The position numbers were made by a program, and so were the translations under genes. Positions 42,061-56,376 of a stretch of DNA of 64,000 nucleotides are shown here, in pieces; the first letter of the stretch is position 1; every line of letters starts with the position of its first letter. Below the pieces are notes generated by a model, which worked only from the letters and a program-made list of their open reading frames with translations, did not search any database and was not told where the DNA came from. Source of the DNA: Yuukianura sp. NJ FZ-2021 (Eukaryota); contig CM102287.1 in NCBI GenBank assembly GCA_046563655.1, positions 6,324,001 through 6,388,000 on the forward strand. The letters are read 5' to 3'.

Positions 42061-43053
42061 ATGGGTACCTTATGGGGACGGATTTATGACCTGCGGGCTC
42101 CTTACAACGTCCGTGCTGGAGAAATCGCTTGTCTGCGTGTTGTTCGTGCCTTCACTACTGAGTCTTGGCAGAGAGATACTATCACTGATTGTGCTCCGCG
42201 TGCTGGGGCAACACGGCCACGGTGCCCTACACCGACGCTCTTCCGCCGCATCTATGACCGTGGAGAATTTCCAATCATGTTGGATCAAAACAAGAACGGA
42301 AAAAGCATCTTGTGGAAGGTATCACGCAAATCTAAAACAAAATCAATGCATTTGTTAATCGTTGAATTTTTGTGCTTCACTGGTGTGTGACTTGACATTA
42401 TTTAGGTTTCACCCGAGAAGTTGGACTATTGCCATTACCTTCCACTGTTCTTCGAAGGACTTCGGGAAATTGAGCATCCTTATGCCTTTTTTGCCCGGCA
42501 AGGAATTCATGACATGCTGGTTCATGGATGCGACAAGGTGCTTCCGGTGGTGCCACAGTTGATTCGTCCAATTCGCGGTGATCTAAAACATAACAAAATT
42601 ATATTTATATTTTATGTAAAAAGTTAAATCCTAACATCATTTGCTCTATTTGTCTTACTGGATTTACAGAAGCACTGAATACGCGTTGTCCACCGATCCT
42701 CACTGCAACGCTCCATGCTTTGCAGCAGCTAATCGTCTGTGCTCCGTATGTTGGTGAGGCTCTCGTCCCATACTTCCGACAAATCCTTCCTGTACTCAAC
42801 ATCTTTCGAAACAAAAATGGTACAAAATTATTATCAAGTCAATCACTAAAATGCTCAAACATTTTTGTACTCACGTGAATCTTTTCTTCTAGAAAATCTG
42901 GGCGACACCATTGAGTACGGCCAGTATCGTCGAGACAACATTGGAGACTTGATCCAGGAGACGCTGGAATTGATGGAGCGATATGGTGGTGAAGACGCCT
43001 TCATCAACATCAAGTACATGATTCCAACATATGAATCCGTCGTCCTCAACTAA
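42061..43053 (+). CDS. PACRG: Parkin co-regulated gene protein homolog (axonemal), 4 coding exons
   Basis: [85 protein letters not shown]. Confidence 0.95.
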
Positions 43054-43462
43054 AACACAACAACCTACAAAAACAATCAATTTTCAATCACATAAAACAA
43101 CAAATTAATATTCTAAACATTGTCACAAGAATTCTACAATGCATTGTCAATAAATCAATGTAGGATAAATCCAAATTAGAAGTTCGAATTCTTAGCGAGA
43201 GTTTTTGTTCCGCCTTAGGATGGACGGCAATGAATCTTTAATGATCATCTAGAATTCTAAACCTGCAAACTACTGGATTTCTTAATGTATAACATCTTGA
43301 ATAAATTCATAATAAGTAGTATGGCCTTTTTTGTAAAGGTTAAAGGAGAAATATAAACTCTTTAAAGGAAAAAATATTAAATATGAAATACTATTAACAG
43401 AAGTCAATGGCTTCTTTTCTTCAGTCCACATAAAGTCATGTCAGCTCTCAATTTGAGGAAGC

Positions 43463-46400
43463 TCAGTCCACCCATAACGCAGGATCAAAGAAAATTCTAC
43501 CGGAAGCAGAATTTTCTGGGCTTGTTTCTGGAGTCACGACATTAGAATCGTAGGCTTCATGATTAATGACCTCCATGTCCATGTATTCCTAGCCACAACA
43601 CAGTTTCGGTAATAATTTAATCCATAAATCAAATTGAACTCCAAGTTCTTACTTGTTTCGCAGCTCTGGCTGCAATATGGAGGATTCTTTCCATTTCAAC
43701 TGCCAGATCATTAAACGACGGACGAGCAGTTGGCTCATGGTACCAGCAACACAACATGTTTAGATACCTAGAACGCAGCGAAAGTAATCAAAAATAAATT
43801 TATGAATTTGTTGTTCATTTTGGCTCCTGGTTTTAACTTCCTTACAGTTCGTGAGGACAATGGGCAGGTTTATCCATCCGATGCCCAGCTTTTAGGAATT
43901 CTAGAATTTTGTTCACATCCGGCATTGATGGATATGGTGTTCCGCCCAACGTTACAATCTCCCAAAGTACTACACCGTACGACCAACTGTCCAAAACAAA
44001 ACTAGTTAGCTGCGCCGGTTTAAATTACTAGATGCAGTTCAGTAGTAGTTTTTAGAACTTACACGTCGGACTGGGTAGTGTAAATTCTGTGAAACAGGGT
44101 TTCTGGAGCCATCCATTTCACCGGAACACGGCCATCGCTGGTCTTCCTGTAATAGTCATTTGTAAAGGTACTTCGAGTCATCCCAAAATCTGCTATCTTC
44201 ATCAACTTCCCTGCCCCATTCCCGGTGACTAGGATATTGCGAGCAGCCAGATCTCGATGGACGTACTAAAACAGAAACAGGAAAGGTTTAGCTTAGCACT
44301 GGTTTTTACTAAAAAGGGAAAAAGACGTATATTAATAGGATTGTTCACCTTTCGCTGAACCAAGTACTCCATTCCACGAGCGATTTGGAAGGCAAACGAC
44401 ATGAGATCTTTGAAGGTAAGAATTTCTTGGCCCTCCGGTAGCGGAGCGATTTCTTGAGGAGACGGAGCTCCGTTGTAATAGTAGTTGTGACGATTGAAAC
44501 GAAGGTAATCACGAAGATTTCCTTTTTCGCAGAATTCCATAATTACCAACAAGTCTCCATTTTGAGTACAACAGCCGAGAAGATTGATGATGTTGGTATT
44601 TTGGCCAAGGACTTTCATTGTCTCCATTTCCGAGATTAAGTCGATTAGCTCCGCATCGGAGTGAGTCTCTGCGAAGTTTAATTTAAATGTGAAAATGTGA
44701 TCTAGCCAATGAAACATCAAACTGGCAAAATCCCAGAAAAACATTTTCCACCTACGTTTCAAGGATTTCACTGCGACGGTCGTAGTTCCTCGTCCAGGGA
44801 TAATCTCTTCAGCTTTTCCCAAAAGCACTTCTCCAAAAGCTCCTTCCCCAAGTTTATCTCCAAGTGTAAGCTGACTTCGAGGAAACTCCCAGGACCAGTC
44901 CACTGGAAAATCATACTCCTGGCTACCGATCTTAGATTTGATTGTCTTGATGTTCACTTCCGGGATTGACTAAAAACACAAATCAGAGATTAGTTCAACT
45001 TTGTTTGATTATTCAGATTCGAGATGTTGCGTATTCCGACGACTTACGATGGATCCCTCGTCATTCACTGGATGTCGTTCAATGATAACTTGTTTGGTCC
45101 ATCCAAGCGGCTGGTTTTTGGCTTCCAGTTTCCTTAGCCTGTCATTCAAACAAATTAAATTAAAAACCAGTGCTTGATTTTTTTTTCCAATAAAAAAGCT
45201 TGTCTTCAGGTGATGGCGAGGAGATAGGAAGTTAAGAAAATAAAAAATGAAAGAGGCAAAGAACGGGATGTTTAATCTCTCTTCCCCATCTTTCTTCGAC
45301 TACATCATCCAAGTTTATTTATAAATCGAGTCAGTTTGGATGGAAAACGAAAGATTTATTTATTAAAAACAGGAAAGAAGTTCTTATAGTCTCATAACGG
45401 ATAGAAGAACCCATCCATTCTTGTCTGCCATCCTCAAGTCCAACACAAATACACTCGCTTAGCTGTCCTTCTTTAGAAAACCAGCAAAACGTGGGTGTTT
45501 AAAAATAAGCACGTTAAACCAGTGTGAGAGGACTATGAGCTTCCGTTTCGGAGAAATAGGTGTTCTGGCGATGCGCAACGGAAACTGGGGTTCAACGAAA
45601 ACCTGTTTCCAGTCAACTGAAGCTTAGAAGATCATTAAAAATTTCACTTACCGTTCTTGTTTCTTGCTGTAAACACAAATTGCAAAGCATACAACGAGTA
45701 GCATGAAAATGATGCTGGCAGCGGCCACAAATGCAATCTGGTACCGATGGATGTCATCATGCTTGGATGGTGATTTTACAATTCCATCTTGTGGAACTTC
45801 TGAAAAAGAAAATTGGATCGGTCAGTTAGGAGCAAAGATTTATACCAAATTGCGAAAAATTCCTTAGGCTTGCCTTCAACGACAGAAACATAGGCGCTTG
45901 TAAATGATCTCCCGACATTATTTCCGACGATGCAACTATACCATCCTTCGTCAGAGAAAGTAACATTGTCCAGTACGAGGAGATTAACGTCGTCCAAGAG
46001 ATCCTTGTCTTCAGTCCGTGACTGAGGAGAGGTAAAAAATAAAACAAATTAGAACCATTATGACACGAGGAGACACACTTCATGCAATGCATTATTCGCA
46101 CGGAAATTGGAGATTAATTCTGTGATTATTCCGGGAAGCATATCCTAAACATGTTACTGTTAATTAGGTTTTCAGTGTTTAGGTTCATATTTTTAAGAAT
46201 TAACTGACAGTTCAGTTTGCGAGGTGAGTCTGGAATGAGTGAAGCGGAGTTGGGTTTTAGGTACTAAATTCTGAAAATAAAATGCGCAGAATTAGAATTA
46301 ATTGGTAATTTTTGTTTAGTTTTTAAGAATGAGAATAGCTGCAGATCTTTTCTAAAAAATTAAATTCAAAACGCCCGTGGCTTCTACCTGAATAACTTTT

Positions 46401-48463
46401 GTAAGATTCGGATCTTCGTTATTGTGTTTCACCCATTGCAGACCAAACTCTGGGTCACTCAATATTTCCACCCTAAGCTCCGCCCGATCACCTACTACGA
46501 CTGTAATATTTTTCGGAGCAATTGTGAATATTGGCCTCGAATGCAACCGTTCTAAACGTCAACGAAACAATCATTTTAAATTGGCTACTGTTCTCGTCAT
46601 GAATCCACGCAACTTACAAGTTAGGACTTTAAACATGCAAAATTACACGATGAAGATATCAGTAAAAAAAACATAAACCTATGAAAGCTTTAGAGCAATA
46701 ACATGACACGCCTGCTGAATATGGATGACACGATGATGGTAGTGAAAGATGATGCCGATTCCTTTTACAGGTTGTTGCTATTTTGGTAAAATCACATCTC
46801 CCACCAAGTTAGCCGGGACATTGTAAGGTTAAGTGGAGACGCACCTTTTCTTCGACGATTCTCCCTTCTAAATCCATTCGTTCTATTTCTTTAAGTGTCT
46901 TGTAAGTGTCAGTTTTAAAAAAAGATACATCGGTCAAAGCAGCATGGTCAGATTTGAATGAGCAGTCGATTATTAACTGCGCTCCTTCCTCTATGGTTCG
47001 ATTCTTCAAATCAGCTTGTATTATAGGAGTTGCCCCGTATCGATCTATAATAAAAAAGCCCATGCAAACAAACAAAAAAATTTACAAACGAATCGCCACT
47101 TGAATCAATTGTACTGGCACTGGAACATCCAACCCTTCAGCTTGTTCCGCGATAGAATCAGTAGAATTGATTGACAGCCCGAACCAACAGAAAAACCCGT
47201 CACCAGCAACGTAAAGAAGTAACTACATCGGTTCACAAACTGGAATTCAAAGAGTAGCAAGCATTTATGAGAAAAAAAAAACAGAAGCATAGATGACACG
47301 ACTCAAAGCAATATGACACTGGAAATTCAGTACTCAATGTACGCAGTAGCCAAGTTAGAACTTCTAACTCAGTTAGAAGTCAAGGAAAATAGCTGTGGTT
47401 AGACTTTGCAATTAACTACACATTAACTAAATACCTGTTAAATTAAACCAAAACCCAAGATAGGTAAAGCTTTGTAGCGTGTTATTTACCTTAGGTTTTC
47501 CTAAATAATTAGGCTAAAAAGCAAGCGAGTATGAGATTTGTGAGTAAATGTTTCTTACCGGGAACTTCGACTCTAATTTGATACGAAATTGGTTCGATGT
47601 TTGGGTCATCGCTTGTAGCCTTACAGGTGTAAACTCCTCCGACATTTATTCCAGCATCGTCGATTTGGAGGGAGTTTTTGGTGAACTCGACTTGATAACT
47701 TGTTTTGTTAAAGATCAAATCATTTTTAAACCAAGTAATCTTCGGTTTTGGGTTTCCTGAAAAGAAAAAAAAACAGTAGGGAATACATTTTTCAGATTCA
47801 AAACAGACCAAATTAAATTGTATGATGAAAGAAAGCAATCCAGGAAACGTGTTGTGTTGTAAAAATTAATCAAATGTGCTCGGCAAAATGACTAACTTGA
47901 AATTTGATCCGGCTTAAGTTTATACATGTAAATTCAATAAAAACCACTTTGGCTGTTTAAAAAAAAGGACAGATACCACACAGTTATTCGGACAACATAT
48001 AGAAATAGAACCTACTAAAAGATCAAATACAATTTTTACAACTGACCTTTGACATGACAAAATAGCGTCACAGTTGATCCCGCTGGGCGAACGAGATAGT
48101 GTGTCATCTTCTTCTTCTCAGCATGACTGAAGTCAAAACAAATATAGGGCTCACTGAGGTTGATTTTTGCAGCAATGTCTTTATTCACACAAGATACTAG
48201 AGCATCTTGAGCAGCCTGATCGATCTCTTCTTCTTCATCGTACATATCCACCGTACTGCTCAAATATTCATCTTCTTCTTCCGTTGATCGAGTTTCTGAT
48301 ACGTCATGTAATGCAACTTCCGGCTTGAGAACACCAGCCTTGGCACTCCACAATGCACTTGCGGCTAATATGAACAGCAACTAAAAAACAAGACATGATT
48401 TTTAATAATAAGAATAAGATAAGATGTAAGAGTACTTACGAAACTGAATTCCATTGCGTTCAT
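43463..48463 (-). CDS. FGFR: Fibroblast growth factor receptor (acid box, 2 Ig domains, TM, tyrosine kinase)
   Basis: Signal peptide, acidic box, [35 protein letters not shown] near 45670-45740, [77 protein letters not shown]; stop at 43463. Confidence 0.95.
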
Positions 48464-49386
48464 TACGCTGTGAAGATGTTGGTAAACCAGTTACGTAGAC
48501 ATGATTACAAGGCAAACGATGAAGTCGAACTGGTCCGGTCCCACTTGAGAAATTGGGAAATAAGTCGGATGCTGAGATATGATGATGGCTGGCTGAAGAA
48601 GAGATGAAGGAAGATGAAGTGAAGATGTAAGAAACCAGCAGACGCTACGCTACTCTCTCCCTCCTCTTCTTGCTCTTTAAGTTTTAACCCTTTCTCTAGT
48701 GCGTTTGCGTGCCTTCCTTGCCTCCTTTCCTTCTCTAGTAAATAAACATGGAGGGAGGGAATAGGCGAGGAAGAACTTTTTCGAAAAAAACAATTTTCAA
48801 TTTTCAATTTCAATTTCAAAAAATTATAAGATGAGTCGAACAGAACGTGTAAAAAGTACTACACCAAATGCGCTTTTCTATTCGTACACTTCACTGTTCA
48901 CGATATGTAAGTTAGTAGTAAGTTTTAATTTTTAATTTCTAAAACTGAAAAATTTAAAACACAACACAATGACAACAACCTAAGCGTGCTGCTGCTGAGC
49001 TCCTACCTAACCCCTATTTTTCCCTAATCCGCTCTCCACTCTGTCAAGTTAGATCTTCATTTCGGGATAGAAATGAGAGGAAATTGTACATTTTAAGTTG
49101 AAATTTGTTTGTCAGAAATTCAAAGAATGAATGGAAAATTGAAAATGTAAGGGGAGCTTCTGCCTTTTTTCTAAATTGGTACATTTTACAGAAATGAAAG
49201 GTCGCGTCTCATAGAAATCCCGGTTGTCCAAGCCATGAAGTAATTTACCGGATACTACCCGGATCTCTTGCTCCTCTCCGTTTCCGTTTCCGTTGAATTT
49301 AAACACCACCAGGAGCTCTTCTTTGAGTAACTTCAGTGGAAATGGATGCAACAGAGATCATCTCTTGTAGTGAATTTACAAAGTGT

Positions 49387-50889
49387 TTAGCAGATGAACA
49401 TCCACCGGCTCAGCATCCCGAGAAATGCTCCCGAAAGAATTGAAAGTTTGAATTCTGTTGAAAGGCTATTGTCACTTCAAAATTTTCATTTCACTCTTAA
49501 AAAAACGCACGTGAAAAACTTACGTCTGACAGAGTCGGCATCGGATGACTTTGCATTTCTGATTGTTAGTTGATTGTTTTTGGTCGTAAATTGATATGTT
49601 GCTTGGAATCCAGTAGCATCGTATCGATCATTGGAGCGAAATGTTACGCGAAAGAATTTCCTATCTGATTTTATTTTTAATTCTTTCAAAGTCCCGCATT
49701 TCCGGTCATATTTCCTGTCTTCATTTCGATAATTGGAAAATTCAACGTAGTCCGAATGTGTGTCCTCGTCACATCTATTGCAGAAAGTTAACAATCATGA
49801 CATTTCAGTTAAAATATTCTGAAAACTGCTTTCCCAGATTTTTCTAAACTGTTTTTCCAAATTTTTTCTGAATACGTTTACTGGCAAACCATTTTCTGAA
49901 AGTTCAACAAACTCACGGTTCTATTCCATCGATGTGGAAGTACGTAAAGTACAGCTCTACATGTTGATTTTCATATCCATAGAAGAAGTAGTTGCATTCA
50001 GTATCTCTTGGATAGAATCCTGGATAATTCGGACTCGTAAATGTGCCGTTACTAGTTTGACTACTGTTAAATACAAATTTGCAACTGTCATCCGGTGCTT
50101 GGACGCCCGTCCGAATTCCAAAATCTGCACGCCAAAACCAAATCTAGAAATGGAAAATGCTGGATTCTTTTTTCTAACAAACCGAATACCAGTAACGAAG
50201 AAATACAGAGCATTGAATCCCCAGTTGTATCTCGACGAGTGCGGGGCATTGAGCTCCAAGGTCATTTTGTTTCCATTTGACATCACGGCCAGAGGGATTG
50301 AAATCCCACAAAAATCATCGACGCGTGCCAACTTTCTTTGGGCGTAAACAAAAACCGAAAGCAAGTCAGCTCCACCGCATCTGAAGTTATAAACAAAGAT
50401 GACCCCATTTTTCAAATTACACTGGTGTAAAAAATTTATAATGCATTTTCCAACTCTGTAGTGTTGGGATAAGAAGTGACCTCTAGGTTGACCTCATGCC
50501 TGAAGCTTACTCTGTGGAGTTCTTGTCAGGGTGGTAGAGATTGAAATCTGTGAAAACAATTTGGACTCGTTCTCGAGGACTTCCGACGAAGTCGTATCTG
50601 CAGTGCGTCTTTGGTGGATAGGGCTGAGGGTAGTGCGGCGACTGAATTGTTCCATTTCTCCCTTGTTCACTGTTGATAACTGGCGTACACGGTGGAACTA
50701 AAAACACATTTCATCACGCAAAATTAGTTTTATGCATCACAGGATACTATTTTCATCAAATATTTTAACTTTAAAGTGTTTGATTTGCACAATTAGTTTT
50801 TAAATCTCACCGTTTGCCAAAAACGCACCACCGAAAACTGGTGTAGCAGCGCAGCTCAAAATTATTATCCTTGTTAGAAAATTCCACAT
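49387..50889 (-). CDS. Two-CUB-domain extracellular protein (SOL-1-like), hydrophobic C-terminus
   Basis: Signal peptide MWNFLTRIIILSCAATPVFG; NGTIQSPHYPQPYP..CRYDF, NGTFTSPNYPGFYPRDTECNY, SDYVEFSN, FRVTFRSNDRYDATGFQATYQF; last exon FKLSILSGAFLGMLSRWMFIC*. Confidence 0.88.
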
Positions 50890-51862
50890 TTGAAGGAATT
50901 TGCACAAAGTTTATCCAATTACTGAAAGTAATTAAAATTGCACTAAAACTACCCGTTCATTTTCCTTTCAAAAGAAGCTAATCAATATGCGACGCCACGT
51001 TTATCGTCAAGCTTCTTCTTTTTACTTTTTAACTTTTTAATCTTTTGTCTGCAATTCGTCGTTGTTTTTGTTTTTAACTTTCCGCTGAACTGTAAACATT
51101 TGACTTTTTTAAAAAGTAGGGTCCGTGCAGCCTCTGAATCTTCTAGATTATCGATCCAGAAGTCTCCTAGATTCTATAGTAAAAGATCTTCTTGACTTTG
51201 CTCATGTCATAATAGGGGAGAACTCATTTTCAAAATGTTTGTTCAAAGTTAATTCTGTTGGACACGCCAATATTCCAAGGTACTTAAAAAGTTAAACCAA
51301 GTTCATACCATTACCATGAATTACGGCATGGAGACTTCCTTGGTACTGAAAGTATTGAAAGCATCGGCATTAATTGCTTCAACAGTCCGGCATTCCGTTC
51401 TTTGGACTTTTGGATTTTTTGCTGATTTTGTTGAATTGGCAGTTTTTTGGTGTAAAGAATCTATGAAGAACAATAATAAAAACCAGTTCTGGTCTTGAAC
51501 TTAAGTTGCATGAAATTGTAAATTGGTTTTGTTTTTATTGTATAGCTTTTTTCCTTAGGTTTTAACGGAAGTGACGCTCAGAGAATCTTAATGGACTTGT
51601 TAAATTGACAGAGAGGTAAATGGGTACGAGAGAAAAAAAGATGTACAATTTAGAGGTAACTGTCATTTATTAATTCCTTTGAGGTCATGCGCCTGCTAGA
51701 ACGGGGTCAAAACAAAGGTTTATTCAGTACATGGCTACATCCGGCGTAAGAATTAAATTGTAAACGTAAAGGCTTAAAAGTGTTACTTAAGAACGTAAGG
51801 AGTTACGCAACTTTGACTCAACTAAAAAGAAGTTTACTAAATGTGTCTGTTTTTAGGCAGAA

Positions 51863-54172
51863 CTAATTGCCGTCTTTCTTTGAGTCTGAAGTGGCAACTT
51901 GGACAGATCCTTGTGTCGGTGTCAAATGTTGTGATTGACCGGCAGGAGACTGTCCTTGACCCGGGGTCAACTGTAGTGGCTGTTGCTGCTGTTGTTGCTG
52001 CTGTGCAAATTGGACTTGTGGTCCCCCCAAGGGGAATCCATTCGGTCCAACACCACCGATATAATCATAAGGAAGCGACCCTAGAGCACCGTTGTTGCCT
52101 TGGACATTTACAAACTGCGGATTCACTCTGCCTTGGACAATCCCTTGAGCCGTGACCCCTTGACCTTGAATGTACTGTGGTTGTTGCCCTTGGAGTGAAA
52201 ATTGTGGCCCTCCTTGGTATGGAACGCTACCGGAGAATTGACCCTGCCCGGGTAGAATGTAGGGACCGCGGATTTGGGGTCCTCCGAATTGAGGCTGTGG
52301 ATAATACTGTTGCTGGAGGGGATAACTTTGATACTGGGGTTGTTGACCTTGAAAAGCAAATTGATTCAGTTGAGGCTGCGGTTGCTGCAAATAGGGAGTT
52401 TGTGGTCGAAGGGGTTGTTGGATTTGTTGTAACTCCTGTTCGTTGTATGGTGACACTCCGAGTCCCGGACGACCTTGACCTTGAATCACTTGTGGCCCGA
52501 GAACCTGCGGGTTGTACTGACCTGCAATCCGGTCTCCTGTTGGAGTCTTTAGTGTTGGAGTTTTCTCATCAGCAGCTTCCTTGCTAGCGTCATTTCCTTG
52601 ATATCGGTCTACGAAACCATCCTGTTGGAAATTAGACACAAATTTAAAAAAAAATACAACTTTGAAAAAAAATGTGAACAAACATTTTTAGTTAACCTGA
52701 TCATTATCTTCACTAAATCCATCCAGTTCCGGGTTTGGAATGTATTCTTGGCGGGATCCTCCGGTTCCACGGTTAAACGCTTGTGGACCACCGACTGTGA
52801 CAGGTGAAGTTGTAAACCGATTCGGTTGTTGTCCTTCAAATTGTTGCCCGCCAGAGGTTGAAGGTCCTGGGTATGGCCCCGGGCGGTATCCTGGACGCAG
52901 GTACTGAAGATCCTGCGGACTTTGTCCATTGTAGGCAATTGGCTGCTGCTGCGACTGTGGACCAACTCCTCTGTAGTAACTTCCTGGTGGGACACTCACA
53001 AATCCATCGTCATCTTGACCCTGAAGTTGATTTATTTGACCTTGGTTTGAATACTGTCCTACCGACGGAGTCAAGCCACCAAACTGCGGAGATGAAACGT
53101 ATTGCGCAGGATACTGCCGTCCCACGTAGTGAGTTGGACCAAACCCTCCTCCTACAGGGTACTGTTGCTGTCCACCGATGTAGTACGGTGGTTGGGCACC
53201 TCCAGGACCCTGAAAGTACTGCGCTTGCGGTCCACCAAATTGTCCTTGGCCTCTTGTGTCCACAAATTGTCCACCTTGGACAAGCTGAGTTTTCGGGTTG
53301 TACGGTTGGGATCCTCGGAATGGCTGACCTTGACCTGCATAAGGGGATCCAACTATTCCACCCCCTGATGGTCCCCCAAGTTGACCTTGTCTTTTTGTAA
53401 GTTCGGAAGTTTCTCCATCGTCCTTATTCTGACCAAGCGGAGTGTTGAATGAATTGAATGCTGGTTCTTCTTCGCCAGAAGTTTCGCTAGAAGCCCCACC
53501 TGAACTGTTTTCGGCACTCGTAGACTTCTCTTCGGAAGCCCGATTTTCACGGGGTTTTGGCCGAACCGAAAGTGTTTCAGTTTCGGTAGCTGAAGTACCC
53601 GGTTCTGCATTCCCCGATGGCGGAATCTTTTTACCAGTTGAGTATTCGGCCGTTTTCAGTTGGCCATTGGCGTCAATAAATCCGTACTTTCCTGTGACGC
53701 TTCCATCTTTTGACCTTGTTTCAACCCTGTCAAGAGACAGCATATCTTAACTATTGCTTTAAATTAAAAAAAAAGTTGGGTTTGGAAAAAAAGGTACAGA
53801 ATTTTATAGAAACTTCCATCAAATCATTGGGATTCAAAGAGATTTTAAACAGGTTAGGTTAGTCTTTGCAAGATTATGAAAAAGCATTAAAAATTACTTG
53901 AAAGAACCATCATCTGCCTCAAATCCAACAGTGTATGTTCCATCGTCATTCAATTTGTTAATTTCTTTTACGATTTTGGCTTGAGAGTTCGGTAGTTGCT
54001 GGTTTAGTGTTGCAGCACTTGAAAGCCAAATCATGACTCCAAAAATCTAAAAATTGAAATTTAACATGAGTATTACGAGCATATTTTGGGAATTTTTTTT
54101 GAATGGAGTTTAAACTTTTTGTAAAAGTAAAAAAGCAGTTTTTCTTACCAAGAGAGGGATTAGTCCCTGCAT
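51863..54172 (-). CDS. Cuticular protein with Rebers-Riddiford chitin-binding domain and long G/Q/P/Y-rich tail
   Basis: Signal peptide, then KIVKEINKLNDDGTYTVGFEADDGSF/RVETRSKDGSVTGKYGFIDANGQLKTAEYS, followed by ORFs 52688-53743 and 51863-52681. Confidence 0.88.
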
Positions 54173-55697
54173 TTTAAAATACTAAAAACCTAAAGAAAAA
54201 TTTAATTCAACTCCACAAGGTAAACAGAACTATTAATTTTTTTTTGTTTCTAAAACTGGCACAAAGTGTCCTTTTTCCGTCGTGACTTTGAAACGACAAC
54301 TAAGGAGCTCCTTCACTTGAGGTGACGATTAAGTAAATAAAAGTTGAGATTTCCATTTTCCATTCTTCGCAAAACCCAAAACTAGCGTCATTTTCTTGGT
54401 GTACTGAAATTTTTAGGGCAGCCGCAAATGATTGTTTCCCCAAAAAGCCTAAAGTATGAAGTACTTTTCGCGACTTTTTTTTTTGCGCGCAAAGGTGAGA
54501 TAACATGGATCCAAGAAGGTGCCTATTACGAACGGACACGCAAGGCTGGCTGCCATCTTTAAGGAAAATGTCAAACAGAACGCCTATGTTAGACGTCCAC
54601 TTATCTTCTGCAAAGATCATCAAACACTTTTGTCTCTTTAGGTTTACCAAGAAAATTAAGAATTGACTTTCTCAAGTTTCTAAAATTCAAGATCTCATCT
54701 AATGGTTATTGCTCAATTAAAATTAACAATTAAACCTTCCATATTCAAATAGTCTTTTTGCCACTGGCAATGGAAAGCGTAACACAATGACCATTGACCT
54801 TCCAATTTAAAATAGAAAACTTGGCAAATTTTGTATAATTCAAATAAAAAGAGGCTTTCATCGCTTTTCATTGCCAAAATGTCAAAGTTTCTTGAAAAGA
54901 AAACAAAAAATTTCAAAAAAGTAGAACAAAACTTCTTTTTTTTTTTGTAGTAAATACTAACAATAAGCTAAAAAATTTTCAATTGATTGTTTGTTTTTTC
55001 TCGCATTGGCCTTCATAAGTAATCAACAAAAACTGACGTATGTAGTCGTACCTCGTACACAATCTACTCCGTTACGCTTAATTTAACGTGGTCTTGACCT
55101 GACATAAGTCTTACTTTAGTATATGTAGAATTGAGGAATTTCAATTGACTTGTTCGCATCCTGTAAAAAAGAAATTGCGGTAAGCAACGCAAAACAGTAG
55201 TAGCGTTTTGACTAATAAGATCTCTGACGTAACTCAATTGCAAAACACAACAGTTTATGCTAAACGTAAGGTGGATGTGATGTGACACATGAGATGCTGC
55301 GGGATCAGATTGATAGAAACGGAAAGTAAGAAATAAGTTGCGTGAATACATTTCAAAGAAAATGAAAATTTCGCAGAGATATGGTTTATGCGTGCAGTAA
55401 ACCGCAGAGCAGAGTGCAAATATTGTGCAATTTCAGGATGACTTCGATTTCCGCTTCCTGTGAATGTAAGTAACGGATACGGAACAATGCGCGCCTGTCA
55501 CATTTAGCAGAAACAAGGCATTCAAGTGTCCATTTTCTGTTCTTATTGTGGCTTCAAAAGTTCAATAGTTCAGTAATAGCAATATACAATTTGTATAAGT
55601 AACGAAAACCAGAGATTGGCAATTTGAAATTTTCAGGAAAATTGTTTGCAAATGAGAGGTCGAAGGTTAGAAGAAAAGAATGACAAAGTTGAGGATT

Positions 55698-56376
55698 TTA
55701 TGCCTTCAATTGAAGCGCATAAGCCACAAATTCTGTGGTGCTTTTTGGTCCTTTGTATTCTTGTTCCAATTTTCCATTTCGAAAGATGTAGATTGCAGGA
55801 ACCTTTTTGATTCCGTATTTTGATGCGGTCTAAACCAATTTTTAGAAATTAAAAACTGTCAGATCTAGGAATGAAATTTTGATCCAAATTTCAAATTTTT
55901 GACATACTGCTGGGAACAGGCCAAATTCAATAGCGGCCAACTGAACAGAGCTTCCAAGTGTAGCCAATTCCTTTCCAGCTTGCGCGAAGTGTGGCTTGAC
56001 CTTGGCACAGTGTGGGCAAGCTAGAAAACAAAAAATCTCATAAAACTTCAAAAAATTTTGCATCAAAAGTTTTTTAAAATATTTTTTACTTCTCGAGTAG
56101 AAAAACAGGATGAGCGCCTTTTGCTTTCGAATGAAAGCCTCTGCGTCTTCATCTGTCAACTTCTTAATGAACTCGTGTCCACGAAGCACACTCCACTCGG
56201 CACTGTAATTGTACTGTACGGCAGCACGTACCTAAGTAAATAGTATGTCATAGTTATTAACTGAGGTCAAATGTTATTCTGTTGACTAAAAGTACAACAA
56301 AGAAAGCAATTCGTATGAATTTTTAGCCACAGTGGCAACTTACCACAGTAAATCCAATGAAGCTCAAAATCGTCAT
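55698..56376 (-). CDS. Single-domain thioredoxin/PDI-like protein (CPHC)
   Basis: Four exons: MTILSFIGFTV/VRAA..LILFFYSR/TCPHCAKVKPHFAQAGKEL..LAAIEFGLFPA/TASKYGIKKVPAIYIFRNGK..EYKGPKS..LKA*. Confidence 0.8.
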
